The notes under the pieces are model-generated. The model did no database searches, was not told the origin of the DNA, and saw nothing but the letters and a program-made list of their open reading frames with translations. DNA of 64,000 nucleotides from Alphaproteobacteria bacterium (lineage in GTDB: Bacteria > Pseudomonadota > Alphaproteobacteria > UBA828), in contig CAXXVO010000012.1 of assembly GCA_963422645.2 (NCBI GenBank), forward strand, positions 160,001-224,000, given 5' to 3'. The stretch's first letter is position 1. Every line of letters begins with the position of its first letter. Both the position numbers and the translations under genes were made by a program. This document shows, in pieces, positions 1-9,540 of this stretch.

Positions 1-70
1 GATATGACTACAGGCGACCGTTCGCGCCCGGCCGCTGACGGGCGCCCGTCACGCCGGCCGGAGTCGCAGC

Positions 71-187
71 ATGGTTGCCCACGTCGAGACCGTCGCCTTC
101 AAGGGGATCGAGGCGTTGCCGGTCGACGTGCAGGTGCATATCGGCGCGGGCATGCCCGCGTTCACGGTGGTGGGACTCCCGGACAAA
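71..187 (+). pseudogene. comM: comM/YifB Mg-chelatase-like ATPase, 5' fragment
   Basis: ATG at 71 reads MVAHVETVAFKGIEALPVDVQVHIGAGMPAFTVVGLPDK, the typical ComM N-terminus; stops at the IS110 insertion. Confidence 0.9.
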
Positions 188-299
188 ACAGTCATGGTCC
201 CCGCGGTTCTGAGCCACCCCGTGGCATGAAACAGGAGCGGTTCGGCTGACGTTTTCCTTGCGCTTGCACCCATTTGCCGTGTCAGGATGGGTATTGGCG

Positions 300-470
300 G
301 AGGTGGGGACGTGTGAGCGTCGTTATATCGGTGACGTAGTTCCCGATGACAAAACTGCTTCCGGCGGCCGGCTCCGCACCCCGTATTGTACCCGGCCCGT
401 GGCCGTGGACGCGCGGCAAATTGCACCGCACCCGCTCGTCGGATGCGTGTTCTTCCGACCGCTGTCCCCG
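300..470 (+). ncRNA. candidate IS110 bridge RNA (boundaries approximate)
   Basis: Within the 353-bp non-coding left end; target-like GACAAA (348-353) and donor-like CGCGGCAA (412-419), each followed by a hairpin. Confidence 0.45.
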
Positions 471-540
471 CCTCCACCGTGGCGATGCCACGGCGTGATC
501 GTACGCCGCCGTGGCGAGAGCGCAAATGAGGAGGAAGGCG

Positions 541-1791
541 ATGAAGACGGAAGGCTTGCACGTCGTCCGGCCGCGCGCGGCGGGTCTGGACGTGCACAAG
601 ATGGAGATCACCGCGACGGTTCGCCTCTGTGAGGGCGAGGGTGAGCCGGTGGTGGAGACGCGCTGCTTCGGCACGCTGCCGAGCGGTCTGGAGGAGATGG
701 TCGCGTGGCTGACCGGTCACGGCGTCGAGGCTGCGGTGATGGAAGGGACCGGGGTCTACTGGCAGGCGCCCTTCGCGGCCCTGGAGGCGGCCGGGCTCGA
801 GGCGATCCTGGTGCATGCGCGTCAGGTGAAGCAGTTGAAGGGGCGCAAGACCGACGTGGCGGACAGCGTGTGGCTGGCCTGCGTGTGCCAGTTCGGGCTC
901 TGCACGCCTTCCCACGTTCCGCCTGAGCCGTTCCGGGAGCTGCGCGCACTGAGCCGCCAGCGCCGCGTCCTGGTCAGGCAGCGCTCCGCCGTGCGCAACC
1001 GCGTGCAGAAGATCATCGACCGCGCCGGTGCGCGCATCGGCGGCATCCTCTCCGACGTCTTCGGCGTCAACGGCCGGAAGATCCTCGACGGCCTGGCGCA
1101 GGGGACGGCGCGCGAGGTCATCCTCGCCTCGCTCACCAGCCACGTTGCGAACAAGCTGGAGGGGCTCGGCGAGGCGCTCACCCTGAGCCTGGGCGACAAC
1201 GACCGCTTCATGCTCAACGACCTGCTGGAGGAGCATGACGCGCTTGAGGCGCGCATCGCGTCCTACACCAGGAAGATCGACGGGCAGATGACACCGTGGG
1301 AGGAGCAGCTCCGTCTGCTGACCACCATCCCCGGCATCGACCGCACCGCCGCCTCGACCATCCTCATCGAGATCGGCCCCGACATCGGCGTGTTCGCCTC
1401 CAAGGAGCACTTCGCCGCCTGGGCCGGGCTCTGCCCCGGCAACAACGAGAGCGGGGGCAAGCGCCGCAACGCACGCACCCGCATGGGCTCCAAGACCCTG
1501 CGCGCCTGCCTCGTCGAGTGTGCCCACGGCGCGGCCCGAACCAAGGGGTGCCAGTTCGAGGCTCATCACCGCGCCCTCGCCGCCCGGCGCGGCTACAAGC
1601 GCGCCATCGTCGCCGGCGCTCACAAGATGCTGCGCATCATCTATGTGGTGCTCAAGACCGGCAGGCCCTACTACGACCGCACGGCCGACTACGACGCTCT
1701 GATGGTCAAGCGCAACGCTCCTCGGTGGATCCGCATGCTCCGCCGCTACGGCTACATCGAGCCCGTAGGCGCGGAACTCAAGGCCGCCTGA
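541..1791 (+). CDS. IS110 DEDD recombinase/transposase
   Basis: GLDVHK, VMEGTG and RKTDVADS RuvC-like motifs; TIPGI and CPGNNESGGK Tnp20-type motifs; purine-rich RBS before 541 (alternative start 526). Confidence 0.93.
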   Translation: MKTEGLHVVRPRAAGLDVHKMEITATVRLCEGEGEPVVETRCFGTLPSGLEEMVAWLTGHGVEAAVMEGTGVYWQAPFAALEAAGLEAILVHARQVKQLKGRKTDVADSVWLACVCQFGLCTPSHVPPEPFRELRALSRQRRVLVRQRSAVRNRVQKIIDRAGARIGGILSDVFGVNGRKILDGLAQGTAREVILASLTSHVANKLEGLGEALTLSLGDNDRFMLNDLLEEHDALEARIASYTRKIDGQMTPWEEQLRLLTTIPGIDRTAASTILIEIGPDIGVFASKEHFAAWAGLCPGNNESGGKRRNARTRMGSKTLRACLVECAHGAARTKGCQFEAHHRALAARRGYKRAIVAGAHKMLRIIYVVLKTGRPYYDRTADYDALMVKRNAPRWIRMLRRYGYIEPVGAELKAA

Positions 1792-1955
1792 GCGGCCCGC
1801 ATCTCGTCAGCCGGCTACGCGGGACCGCTTCGGACCACATCGGGGAAGTCCACCGCTCGTCTCCGCCGCGCCGACCCTGGCGGTCTCAGCCAACGCCGTG
1901 ACCTCGGGGTTGGAGCGTCACCGCGCGTCCCTCGCCAGAATCTGTTTCACGGCAA

Positions 1956-2346
1956 GCGGTAGCGGAGAGCCGGGTGAGCGGGTGCGGGGCGCGCTCTCCG
2001 GCCTTGGCCTGTCGCTGCCGGTGAGGCGGATCACGGTGAACCTCGCGCCGGCGGACATGCAGAAGGAGGGCAGCCACTTCGACCTTCCCATCGCGCTCGG
2101 GCTGCTGGTGGCGATGGAGGTGCTGGCGCCGGACGATCTTGCCACCTACGTCGCGCTCGGCGAGCTCGGCCTCGACGGCGCACTGATCCCGGTCGCGGGC
2201 GTGCTGCCGGCCGCCATCGGTGCCAACGCGCACGAGCGCGGCCTGATCTGCCCGGCGGCCAACGGAGCCGAGGCCGCCTGGGCCGGCGGCGGCGAGGTCG
2301 TGGCGCCCGCCGACCTGCTGGCGCTCATCAACCATTTCAAGGGCAC
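1956..2346 (+). pseudogene. comM: comM middle fragment (+2 frameshift near 1971-1975)
   Basis: AVAESR then ERVRGALSGLGLSLPVRRITVNLAPADMQKEGSHFDLPIALG...GELGLDG...LINHFKG. Confidence 0.92.
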
Positions 2347-2353
2347 TGTAGGG

Positions 2354-2473
2354 GGACGAAAGTCATTGCGAATCCGGAAGATGCCGGGAAGAAGGCGGAA
2401 GATGGCGGACGGTCAAGGGGTTGGCGGCGTTTCCGGGGTCTGGCGGGCCGGACGAAAGTCTTTGCGAATCCGG
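2354..2473 (+). repeat. left-end transposase-binding repeats (spaced pair)
   Basis: GGACGAAAGTC[A/T]TTGCGAATCCGG at 2354-2377 and 2450-2473. Confidence 0.85.
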
Positions 2474-2616
2474 CCCGGAAAGGGCCGTGAATTGGCTGGA
2501 AGCGGGGATTTTCGGGGCGTTTCAGGGGTGCTGAAAGGCCTGTAAATCGGCGCGGTTCCGGGGGTGCGGATTCGCCGGTAAATCGGGGTGCGGCGCGGTG
2601 CTTCGCCTCGCCCGGT

Positions 2617-3555
2617 CTACGATGCCGGCGTTGTCCCCGCGCCGGCCTCCTTCCCTTCGAGATCGGCGCGCCGCGGGTCGCGTGCGATCTCCTCGTCGGA
2701 GAAGGGCTTTCGCCCGGGGTTCCCGACCTCCCAGCTTTCCATCCATGGCAGCGACTGGCATCCGCAGTTGATCGTCTCGGCGGCGGGTCCGGCGGGATCG
2801 CGGGGGTACATGAGCGTGGCGCCGCCGACGTCGAAGGGCCTGGCGGCTTCCCTGGTCTGTCCGTCGACGGCGTCGTGGGCGATGCGGCTTCTGAGCTTTC
2901 CGGAGCGTCGCCACTGCTTCCTCAGCCCCGGCAGGATCCCGGCGGCCTGCTCCATGCGCTGCTGTCCGGCCATGGAGTATGCGCGGCCGAGCTCGGTCCG
3001 CACGATTGTCAGGGCGCGGGACCTGCCGCCGCTCTTGAGGATGGCGGCGACGCGGCCGGTGGTCTCGCCGACGGGGACCGAGCCGGTCATGGCGAGGCCG
3101 AGTTCGGTATTGACGCGCTCGGCAAGCGTCGTGGAGACGTCCTTCATCCTGTCGGTGAGGAAGGATCGCATGGCGAGGAGCTGGCGGGTGTCGACCTCGG
3201 GCAGGACGGCGGCGATGCGGAAGTCGGGGGCATCGAGGCGCATGGCGGCGTCGACGGGGGCGTCCATGGTATCGATGCCGGCGTCCCAGGCGCGGGTTGC
3301 GCCCTCGGCCATGGCCTGCCCGGCGTCTGCGCCGAGGCTGTCGAGGGCGTCCCGGACGGAGGCCTGGAGGGATGGCAGCGCCCATGCCTGGTAATCGGAG
3401 GGCGCGCCGGCGAGGGTGGCCCGGATGTCGCGCTCGGCGCGCCCGAGGATGCGGCCGACCTCGGCGGCGGTGTCCTTCTGGATGCGGGGCAGGGCGCGGG
3501 CGCGGCGGGATCGCTCGCCCTTGAGCCTGCGCTGGCGCTGACGGTCGGTAGCCAC
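2617..3555 (-). CDS. phage head morphogenesis protein (Mu gpF / SPP1 gp7-like)
   Basis: RALTIVRTELGRAY...KQW...R.R.AH...DGQ...F...LMYPRDP...ETINCGC. Confidence 0.85.
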   Translation of the reverse strand: MATDRQRQRRLKGERSRRARALPRIQKDTAAEVGRILGRAERDIRATLAGAPSDYQAWALPSLQASVRDALDSLGADAGQAMAEGATRAWDAGIDTMDAPVDAAMRLDAPDFRIAAVLPEVDTRQLLAMRSFLTDRMKDVSTTLAERVNTELGLAMTGSVPVGETTGRVAAILKSGGRSRALTIVRTELGRAYSMAGQQRMEQAAGILPGLRKQWRRSGKLRSRIAHDAVDGQTREAARPFDVGGATLMYPRDPAGPAAETINCGCQSLPWMESWEVGNPGRKPFSDEEIARDPRRADLEGKEAGAGTTPAS

Positions 3556-3558
3556 GTG

Positions 3559-4989
3559 CTACGCCTCGCCGTCGTCGGCGTCCTCGTCCTGCGGGGGCTC
3601 GCGGAAGGCGTCTTCTTCGGCCCGTCCGGCGGCGTCTTCGCGCGCCGCCTCGAGTTCGGCGTCGGCGTCGATCTCGACGCCGAGGCGCCCGGCGACGGCG
3701 GCGATGACGCGGAGCGCGGTGGCGTCCGAGAGCAGGCCGCGCTCGATGGCGAGCGCCGCGGCGCCTGCGGTCTGGGCGAGCGCGGCGGCGTGTCGGGAGG
3801 CGTCGGCGACCACCATCTCGGGCCATTCGACGGAGACGGCGAGGGCGGGGTCTGCGGGATCGGGCCATGATGCGCCGGAGGGGTCGAGCCTGCGGGCGAT
3901 GGCGTAGTCTGCGGCCCGGCGCAGGATCTCGGTCCACAGCCTCTGGCGCATCTTGAGGGTCTTGAAGGCGGGATCGCCCATCTCTGCGGCGGTTGCGCGG
4001 TTGACGTCGCCGCCGCCGCCGAACCAGTGCTCGGGCATGCCGGCGCCGCCGAGCAGGTGGTTGCGGAAGAGGCGGGATGTTGCGTCGAGGTCGCGGCCGC
4101 CGAGGTCCGGGGCGAGCGCCTGCCATGTCTCGCTCTCGTTGTGGACGCGGACGGTTCCGGGCGTGGGCGCCGTGGCCCTTGCGGCGCGCTCCTCGACCTC
4201 TTCCTGACTGGCGCCGGTCATGGTGACGTCCCAGACGAAGGCGCGGAGGAAGTGGGCGCGGTCGATCTCTCCGAAGAGGTGTCGCTCGTATCCGTCGAGC
4301 CAGTCGATGGCGGCGAGCAGGTCGGAGCGTCCGCGGGATGCGCCGGGCCTGGCGTTGGCGCGGAAGTAGAGGATGTCGCCCGAGGTCATGGTCTCGCGGA
4401 TGGCGCGGGCGGCGGGCGCGAGGACGGTTTCGGGTCCGCCGACGGCGGTGCGGTAGCGCCGGGCTTCGCCCCTGCGGTCCTTCTTCGTCACGATGCCGAT
4501 GGGGCGGGACGCGTTGTCGGGGTCCATGACCACGGTCTCGACGGCGTCGGGGTCGAGCCACGCCATGCGGACGTGGCCGGAGGCGGGGTCTGCGAAGACG
4601 GGCCATGCGGTCTCGCCGGCGAGCGCGAGGTCGCGCATGAGCTCGGGGAGGCGGAGCGGCATGTCGGTGACGGGATCGCGCCACCATGCGTCGAGCCATT
4701 TCTGGGCGTCCGGGTCGGGGACGCGCACGCGCACGCCGTCGGCGAGGAGGAAGGCGACGGGGAGCTCGACGAGCTGGCGGGCGAGCAGGTTGGTTTCCCA
4801 GAGGTGCGTCGCGAGCTTCCTCATCCTGCTCTGGGTCAGCGGCGAGAGGTCGCGGCGTCCGTCTCCGGTGAGCGGGCGCCACTGGTCCTCGTCCCTGTCG
4901 ATTCCCTTCCCCGCCGCCTCCCGGAGGGCGGTAGCGTGCGGCGGGGCGCCGCCGAGCATGCGGATGAGGGCCGAGCGGATCACCGCCAC
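3559..4989 (-). CDS. phage portal protein
   Basis: About 476 aa between terL and gpF; GTG start at 4989 with GGAGG RBS; PEHWFGGGGDVNRATA portal-like motif. Confidence 0.75.
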   Translation of the reverse strand: MAVIRSALIRMLGGAPPHATALREAAGKGIDRDEDQWRPLTGDGRRDLSPLTQSRMRKLATHLWETNLLARQLVELPVAFLLADGVRVRVPDPDAQKWLDAWWRDPVTDMPLRLPELMRDLALAGETAWPVFADPASGHVRMAWLDPDAVETVVMDPDNASRPIGIVTKKDRRGEARRYRTAVGGPETVLAPAARAIRETMTSGDILYFRANARPGASRGRSDLLAAIDWLDGYERHLFGEIDRAHFLRAFVWDVTMTGASQEEVEERAARATAPTPGTVRVHNESETWQALAPDLGGRDLDATSRLFRNHLLGGAGMPEHWFGGGGDVNRATAAEMGDPAFKTLKMRQRLWTEILRRAADYAIARRLDPSGASWPDPADPALAVSVEWPEMVVADASRHAAALAQTAGAAALAIERGLLSDATALRVIAAVAGRLGVEIDADAELEAAREDAAGRAEEDAFREPPQDEDADDGEA

Positions 4990-6365
4990 ATCCCCTCCCC
5001 GGGCCGCCCGAACATGGTGAGGGGCTGGCGCCCGGCAAGGCGGGAGGGTGTGAAGGCGTCGCGGGGATCGCCCTGCGCCCAGGCGCCGGCCGGGGGCGGG
5101 CGGCTTTCGGCGGCAGCCGCGCAGGCCAGCGCTGCGGCCCAGAAGCGGTCGGCATGGCCGTCGGTCTCGCCGTCGGCGGCGAGGCGGGGGCTGCCGGTGG
5201 GTCCGACGGTCTTGCGCACGGCGTGCAGGTCGGCGCGGAGCACCGGGTCGCCGGAGGGCACGCGGATGGTGCGGTCTTCGAAGCGCTCCTTCAGCGCGGT
5301 GGCGAGGTCGAGCTTGCGGGGTCCGGTGAACAGCACCCCCTCGACACGGGTTGCGCCGTAGCGGCGTTTGGCGTCCTCGACCGGCTTCTCGCCCATGCCG
5401 GTCTGGTCCATGGCGATGCGCACCGGTCTGTAGCGCTCCACCAGGGCATCGAGGGTATCGTCCTGCTCCCTGAAGGTCTTGCCCCTGAGGGTTCTGATCT
5501 CGCGGGTCCAGGCGACGTCGCCGACCGTCTCGATCACCCAGGCGACCCAGAGATCGTTGCGCCGCGCGATGTCGTTGCCGATGAACACGGGGCCGCCGGC
5601 GTGGCCCGCAGGCTCGCCGGCCGCCTCGTCTTCGGCGCCGTCGATCAGGTCGTAGGGGAGCCAGGCCGAGGCCTCGTCGAGCCACTGGCACTCGTATTCC
5701 TGGCGCCACAGGTCCTCGTCGGCGAGGCCCGCGCGCAGCTCGTCGATATCGGCGGGGTAGCCGTCCGCGACCGCGCGGTGGATATCGACGGCATGACGCG
5801 ACCAGCGCCCGTCGTCGCTTGTCATGAGTTCGTAGAACTTGCCCGCCTTGCCCCTGGGCGTGGAGGTGATCCTGATCTTCCAGCCGCGGGTGATCGAGGG
5901 GAAGAGCGCGCCCCAGATCGCGCGGCTGTCGCGGTGCAGGGCGAACTCGTCGAGATAGACGTTGCGGGAGTAGCCGCGGGCGGTGTCGGGGTTGGCGGGC
6001 AGCGCGGTGACGACGTTGCCCGAGCCGGCGTCCCATTCGTGGGCGCGGAAGACCTGGTCGCCGATCGCCAGGTCGTACTCCAGGGCCTCCAGCGCGAGCC
6101 CGTAGGCGCGGGCGTGGGCATGGATGCCGGCGCGCATGGCCTCTCGCGCCTGGCGGTCGCCGCGCGAGAGGATCAGCCAGGGCGAGGCGCGGCCGCGCGC
6201 GCGGGCCTCCATGACGCTGTCGACGATCTCCAGGGTTGCGGTGAAGGTCTTGCCGATCTGGCGCGACCACATGCCGATCTTGAAGCGGCTGCGGTCGGCG
6301 AGCCAGCGGTGCTGGTAGGGGTAGAGCGGCATGGGCGCCGCCGGCCGCCGGCCGGGGCCGCTCAT
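4980..6365 (-). CDS. terminase large subunit (Mu gp28-like)
   Basis: LYPYQ, SRQIGKT Walker A, YLDEFA Walker B, ITSTPRG, GNDIAR, DQTGMG, HADRFWA; ATGA overlap with the terS stop. Confidence 0.93.
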   Translation of the reverse strand: MSGPGRRPAAPMPLYPYQHRWLADRSRFKIGMWSRQIGKTFTATLEIVDSVMEARARGRASPWLILSRGDRQAREAMRAGIHAHARAYGLALEALEYDLAIGDQVFRAHEWDAGSGNVVTALPANPDTARGYSRNVYLDEFALHRDSRAIWGALFPSITRGWKIRITSTPRGKAGKFYELMTSDDGRWSRHAVDIHRAVADGYPADIDELRAGLADEDLWRQEYECQWLDEASAWLPYDLIDGAEDEAAGEPAGHAGGPVFIGNDIARRNDLWVAWVIETVGDVAWTREIRTLRGKTFREQDDTLDALVERYRPVRIAMDQTGMGEKPVEDAKRRYGATRVEGVLFTGPRKLDLATALKERFEDRTIRVPSGDPVLRADLHAVRKTVGPTGSPRLAADGETDGHADRFWAAALACAAAAESRPPPAGAWAQGDPRDAFTPSRLAGRQPLTMFGRPGEGMWR

Positions 6366-6498
6366 GCGTCGAAGATCCCGTAGACGTCCTGGCGGACGCG
6401 GCGGATCGCGGCCCTGGGGTCGGCGCTGTCTGCGGCCTGCTCCTCGGCCTCGGCGAGGCGCTTGTCCACGGCCGAGGCGGCGTCGGCGAGGATCTTGC

Positions 6499-8657
6499 CC
6501 CAGGTTGGCACTTTTTGTGTTCTGCTGTCGTTTATCGCTTTGATATGGCGCAATATTTTTCTCTGCCGATTCCAACATGGCACTACATTTTGTGAGATTC
6601 TGTCAGCTCGTCAGGCGGGTCCTCGTGCGGTGGATGGCGGGGTCAACACCCGCCGCCGAGGAGATTTGGGCGACCTCGGCGGCCGGGCGCGTGTCCTGGC
6701 GGTTGACGATCAAGGTGCCGTCGGTCTGGCGCAGTCGCGTGGTGATCCGCACCCAGGTCCGCATGCCCTCGCGGATCGATGCCCAGCACTTGTGGATGCC
6801 CCGCGCGGCCAGTCGGGTACGGATCAGATGCACGGCGTGATAGGCCAGCACGGCGATCAGCAGGTGGGCCGCGATGCGACGGTCGAGCTGGTGCCAGATC
6901 GGGCGAAGGCCGAGCTCGGATTTCAGGCTGCGGAAGGTGGCCTCGATGTCGGTGATGCGCCAGTAGGTCCGCAGGATCGTCTCGATATCCCAGTCGACGT
7001 GGCTGGTGCGCAGCACATAGGCGCCGGCGCCCTCGTCGGCCTCGTCGTATTGCGGCCTGCGCTTGAAGCGCACGGCGGCGGCGTTGGGGCCGGTTTTCGC
7101 CTTCTCGACCGTGACCTCGTAGTGTCTGGCGACGGTGGAGAAGCGCTGCTTGAGACGGCCAATGCTCTCCAGCACCCTGTCGTAGCGCTTGAGGCGGCCC
7201 TTGACCGGCAGGCCGCTATGGAGCCTTTCCAGCGCCGCCTCGAAGCGGTTCCGCCTGAGGCCGATGATCGCGTTCTCGGCCTTCTTCTTGCCCTCGCTGA
7301 CGACGTAGAGCCGCGCCTCGCCGTCCTCGCTGGCAAGCCGCCAGGCGCGCACCTCGTGCCGCGCGCTGGTGATCAGCAGAGCCTCGGGCCCGCCCTCGGG
7401 CAGCGGCGGCCTGGCGCCGCGGCTGACCGCGATCCAGTCGTAGCCCTGCTCGCCCAGCCACGCGACGTTCTCCTCGGTGGCGATGCCCGCGTCCATGACC
7501 ACCGTGGGCTTCGGCGCCGTGCCGCCGCACACCGCCTCGAGCCTGACCAGCGCGTCCTCCAGCGTGCCCGGCTCGCTCACGTTGCCCGGCAGGATCTCGC
7601 AACTGCGCGGGAAGCCTGCGCCGTCGAGCGCCAGCGCCAGCGTGATCAGCGGACAGTCGTCGCGCTTCTGCTTGGAGCGCCCGAACCTGGGAAGCTGGCC
7701 GTGGGTGTGGCCGTGGTAGTGGACATTGGTGAGATCGTAAAAGGCGATCGTTTCGGGCAGGTCGAGCAGCGCGCGCTCGCGGTTGAACAGCTCCCGCTGA
7801 ATGGCGGCCCGGTGGCGCCAGAGCAGGTCGCCGATGCGGTAGAGCGTCTTGCGCCGCAGCGCCTTGCGGTCGCCCTCCAGCCCCAGGAGCTCGGCGGTCG
7901 CGCTGTCGCGGCGCAGCCAGCGGCTGGTGTCACGCTCGCTGGCGGGATGGACCATCCTGGCGACGATCAGCGCGCTGGCGATGCGCCCGTCGCGGCCCTT
8001 GATATCGAGGCCGTGGAGGATGTCGGCGAAGCCGAGGTCGTCGAGGGCCTTGAGGCACAGGCGCTCGCAGCCGACCGTGCGCGGGTTCTCGTGCTCCAGG
8101 GTATCGAGGTCGACGGTGGCGATGTCGGGCTTGCGCGCCTCTTCCTGTATCGCCTCGGGGCGGAACCCCCTGGCCCTGAGCTTGGCGACGATGTCCTCGG
8201 CTGCGGCCTGCACGTCCGGCGCGGCTTCGAGCAGCGGCGGGCGGCCGTTGAGCAGCGCCTCGGCGAGTCCGGCAACTTCGCGCCATTTCTCCTTCGGCAC
8301 CGGATAGTCGGTGCCGAGGTTGAGAAGCGTGCGCTGCCTGACCTTGTCGCCGATGCGCTGCGAGAGCACGAGGCGATGGCTGCGGACCGGCTTGCCTTCG
8401 GTAGTGTGGGTCTTGGTTGCCCTGATGAACATGTCGCCCGGCACGTTTTGGTCGTGGCGGGTTCAGATATGTCGGCTTTGGTGGTGGGGTCAAGGGAAAT
8501 CCTGCAAACCCACCATTCCCTGGCACTACAAAGGGAGTTCGAGACGGCAATCGCAAATGTAGGGGCGTGCCCTTCTCGTCAACGCTATATCTGGTGTGTC
8601 AGCCGGAAAAACCTGGCCAATTCGGCCCCGAACAAACGGAAAAAGTGCCAACTTGGG
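6499..8657 (-). mobile_element. IS1634-family insertion sequence
   Basis: IRs CCCA(G/A)GTTGGCACTTTT; TTGC duplicated at 6495-6498 and 8658-8661. Confidence 0.9.
6603..8432 (-). CDS. IS1634 DDE transposase
   Basis: MFIR...LVLSQRIGDKVRQRTLLNLG, FYDLT, FGRSKQKRDD, VVMDAG, IEATFRSLKSELGLRPIWH. Confidence 0.92.
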   Translation of the reverse strand: MFIRATKTHTTEGKPVRSHRLVLSQRIGDKVRQRTLLNLGTDYPVPKEKWREVAGLAEALLNGRPPLLEAAPDVQAAAEDIVAKLRARGFRPEAIQEEARKPDIATVDLDTLEHENPRTVGCERLCLKALDDLGFADILHGLDIKGRDGRIASALIVARMVHPASERDTSRWLRRDSATAELLGLEGDRKALRRKTLYRIGDLLWRHRAAIQRELFNRERALLDLPETIAFYDLTNVHYHGHTHGQLPRFGRSKQKRDDCPLITLALALDGAGFPRSCEILPGNVSEPGTLEDALVRLEAVCGGTAPKPTVVMDAGIATEENVAWLGEQGYDWIAVSRGARPPLPEGGPEALLITSARHEVRAWRLASEDGEARLYVVSEGKKKAENAIIGLRRNRFEAALERLHSGLPVKGRLKRYDRVLESIGRLKQRFSTVARHYEVTVEKAKTGPNAAAVRFKRRPQYDEADEGAGAYVLRTSHVDWDIETILRTYWRITDIEATFRSLKSELGLRPIWHQLDRRIAAHLLIAVLAYHAVHLIRTRLAARGIHKCWASIREGMRTWVRITTRLRQTDGTLIVNRQDTRPAAEVAQISSAAGVDPAIHRTRTRLTS

Positions 8658-9059
8658 TTGCGCCGGTCCTGGCGGATCGCCAGCGAGGCGCGCACGGTCT
8701 CGGCGAGCGCGCGGGCCGCCGCTGCGGCCTCCTTCAGATCGCCTCCCTCTGCGGCGTAGAGCAGGGTGTAGATCTGTTCCTGCGCCATCCTGAGGCTGGC
8801 GTCGGCCAGAGCGGCGGTCTCGTCCGGCGTGGCGGCGACCAGGGCCTCGGCCTGCTCGGTGGCGTGGCGGATGCGCTCGATGCGGCGCTCGAGGTCGCGG
8901 CCGTACTCGTGCAGCGCCGACTTGCCGATGGCGTGGCCGCGCTCGGCGAGCCAGTCCGCCAGCGCCTCGTAGCCGGAGAACGCGCCCTCGATCAGGCGGC
9001 GGTCGAGTTCGCGCCGCAGGTCGGCTGGCAGCAGCGCCGTCTTCCTGCGGCGCGGCACG

Positions 9060-9262
9060 TCAGCCCGTCCTCAGGGTGGAGATGTGCGACGGCCGGCGGA
9101 TTCCGGGCTCGCAGTCCACCTGGTAGTCGGCGACGTCGTAGCCGTGGCGTGTCAGCGTGGCGCGCCAGGGATCGATCTCGGAGCGGACGACCGCGATCAG
9201 CTTGCGGCTTTCGAGATAGGCCATCTGGTCGCGGATCCAGCGCTCGGTAACGCCGATGTAGC
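9060..9262 (-). pseudogene. 3' remnant of Mu gp26-like gene upstream of terS
   Basis: ...IRDQMAYLESRKLI...ATLTRHGYDVADYQVDCEPGIRRP resembles the wHTH-like protein preceding DUF3486 in Mu-like prophages; no start codon. Confidence 0.6.
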
Positions 9263-9264
9263 TC

Positions 9265-9535
9265 CTCCTACAGCTTGACCGCGGGAGGCAGCGGAGCGGA
9301 CGGCGACGGCGGGGCTCGCGGGCGCGACGGCGCAGACGGCGAGGACACCGCCGCCTTCGGCGGCACGGCGCGCGGCGGCAAGGGCGGCCGGGGAGCGTAT
9401 GACCGACGCAACGCCGCAGACGGCGCAGACGGAACCGCCTCCGCCCCCGCCGGCGCAAGCGGCGTCAGCCGCCAGACCCAGCTCACCGTGCCCTCCCCGG
9501 TCTCCGCCGGCTATATCGTCATCGAGTGGGGCTGA
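9265..9535 (+). pseudogene. 3' remnant of glycine-rich tail fibre-like gene
   Basis: Gly-rich GGSGADGDGG...GGKGG...ending GYIVIEWG; 5'-truncated at the junction near 9265. Confidence 0.55.
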
Positions 9536-9540
9536 TCGCG

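Larger units (their letters stand above)
188..1955 (+). mobile_element. IS110-family element inserted in comM (AA core)
   Basis: Removing 188-1955 restores GAC AAA GCG GTA GCG GAG AGC (DKAVAES). AA dinucleotide at both junctions (186-187, 1954-1955); no terminal IRs; long non-coding left end. Confidence 0.88.
6362..9058 (-). pseudogene. DUF3486 / Mu gp27-like small terminase interrupted by IS1634
   Basis: Joining 9058-8658 to 6494-6362 gives in-frame ...IRQDRR-KILADAASAV...VRQDVYGIFDA; N-terminal LPADLRRELDRRL...IGKSALHEY. Confidence 0.85.

Noticed and set aside
2522-5155. 877-aa Arg/Pro-rich ORF and many similar long overlapping ORFs (e.g. 58808-62026, 50686-53007, 18229-20028)
   Set aside because: Shadow frames of real genes in high-GC DNA; no motifs
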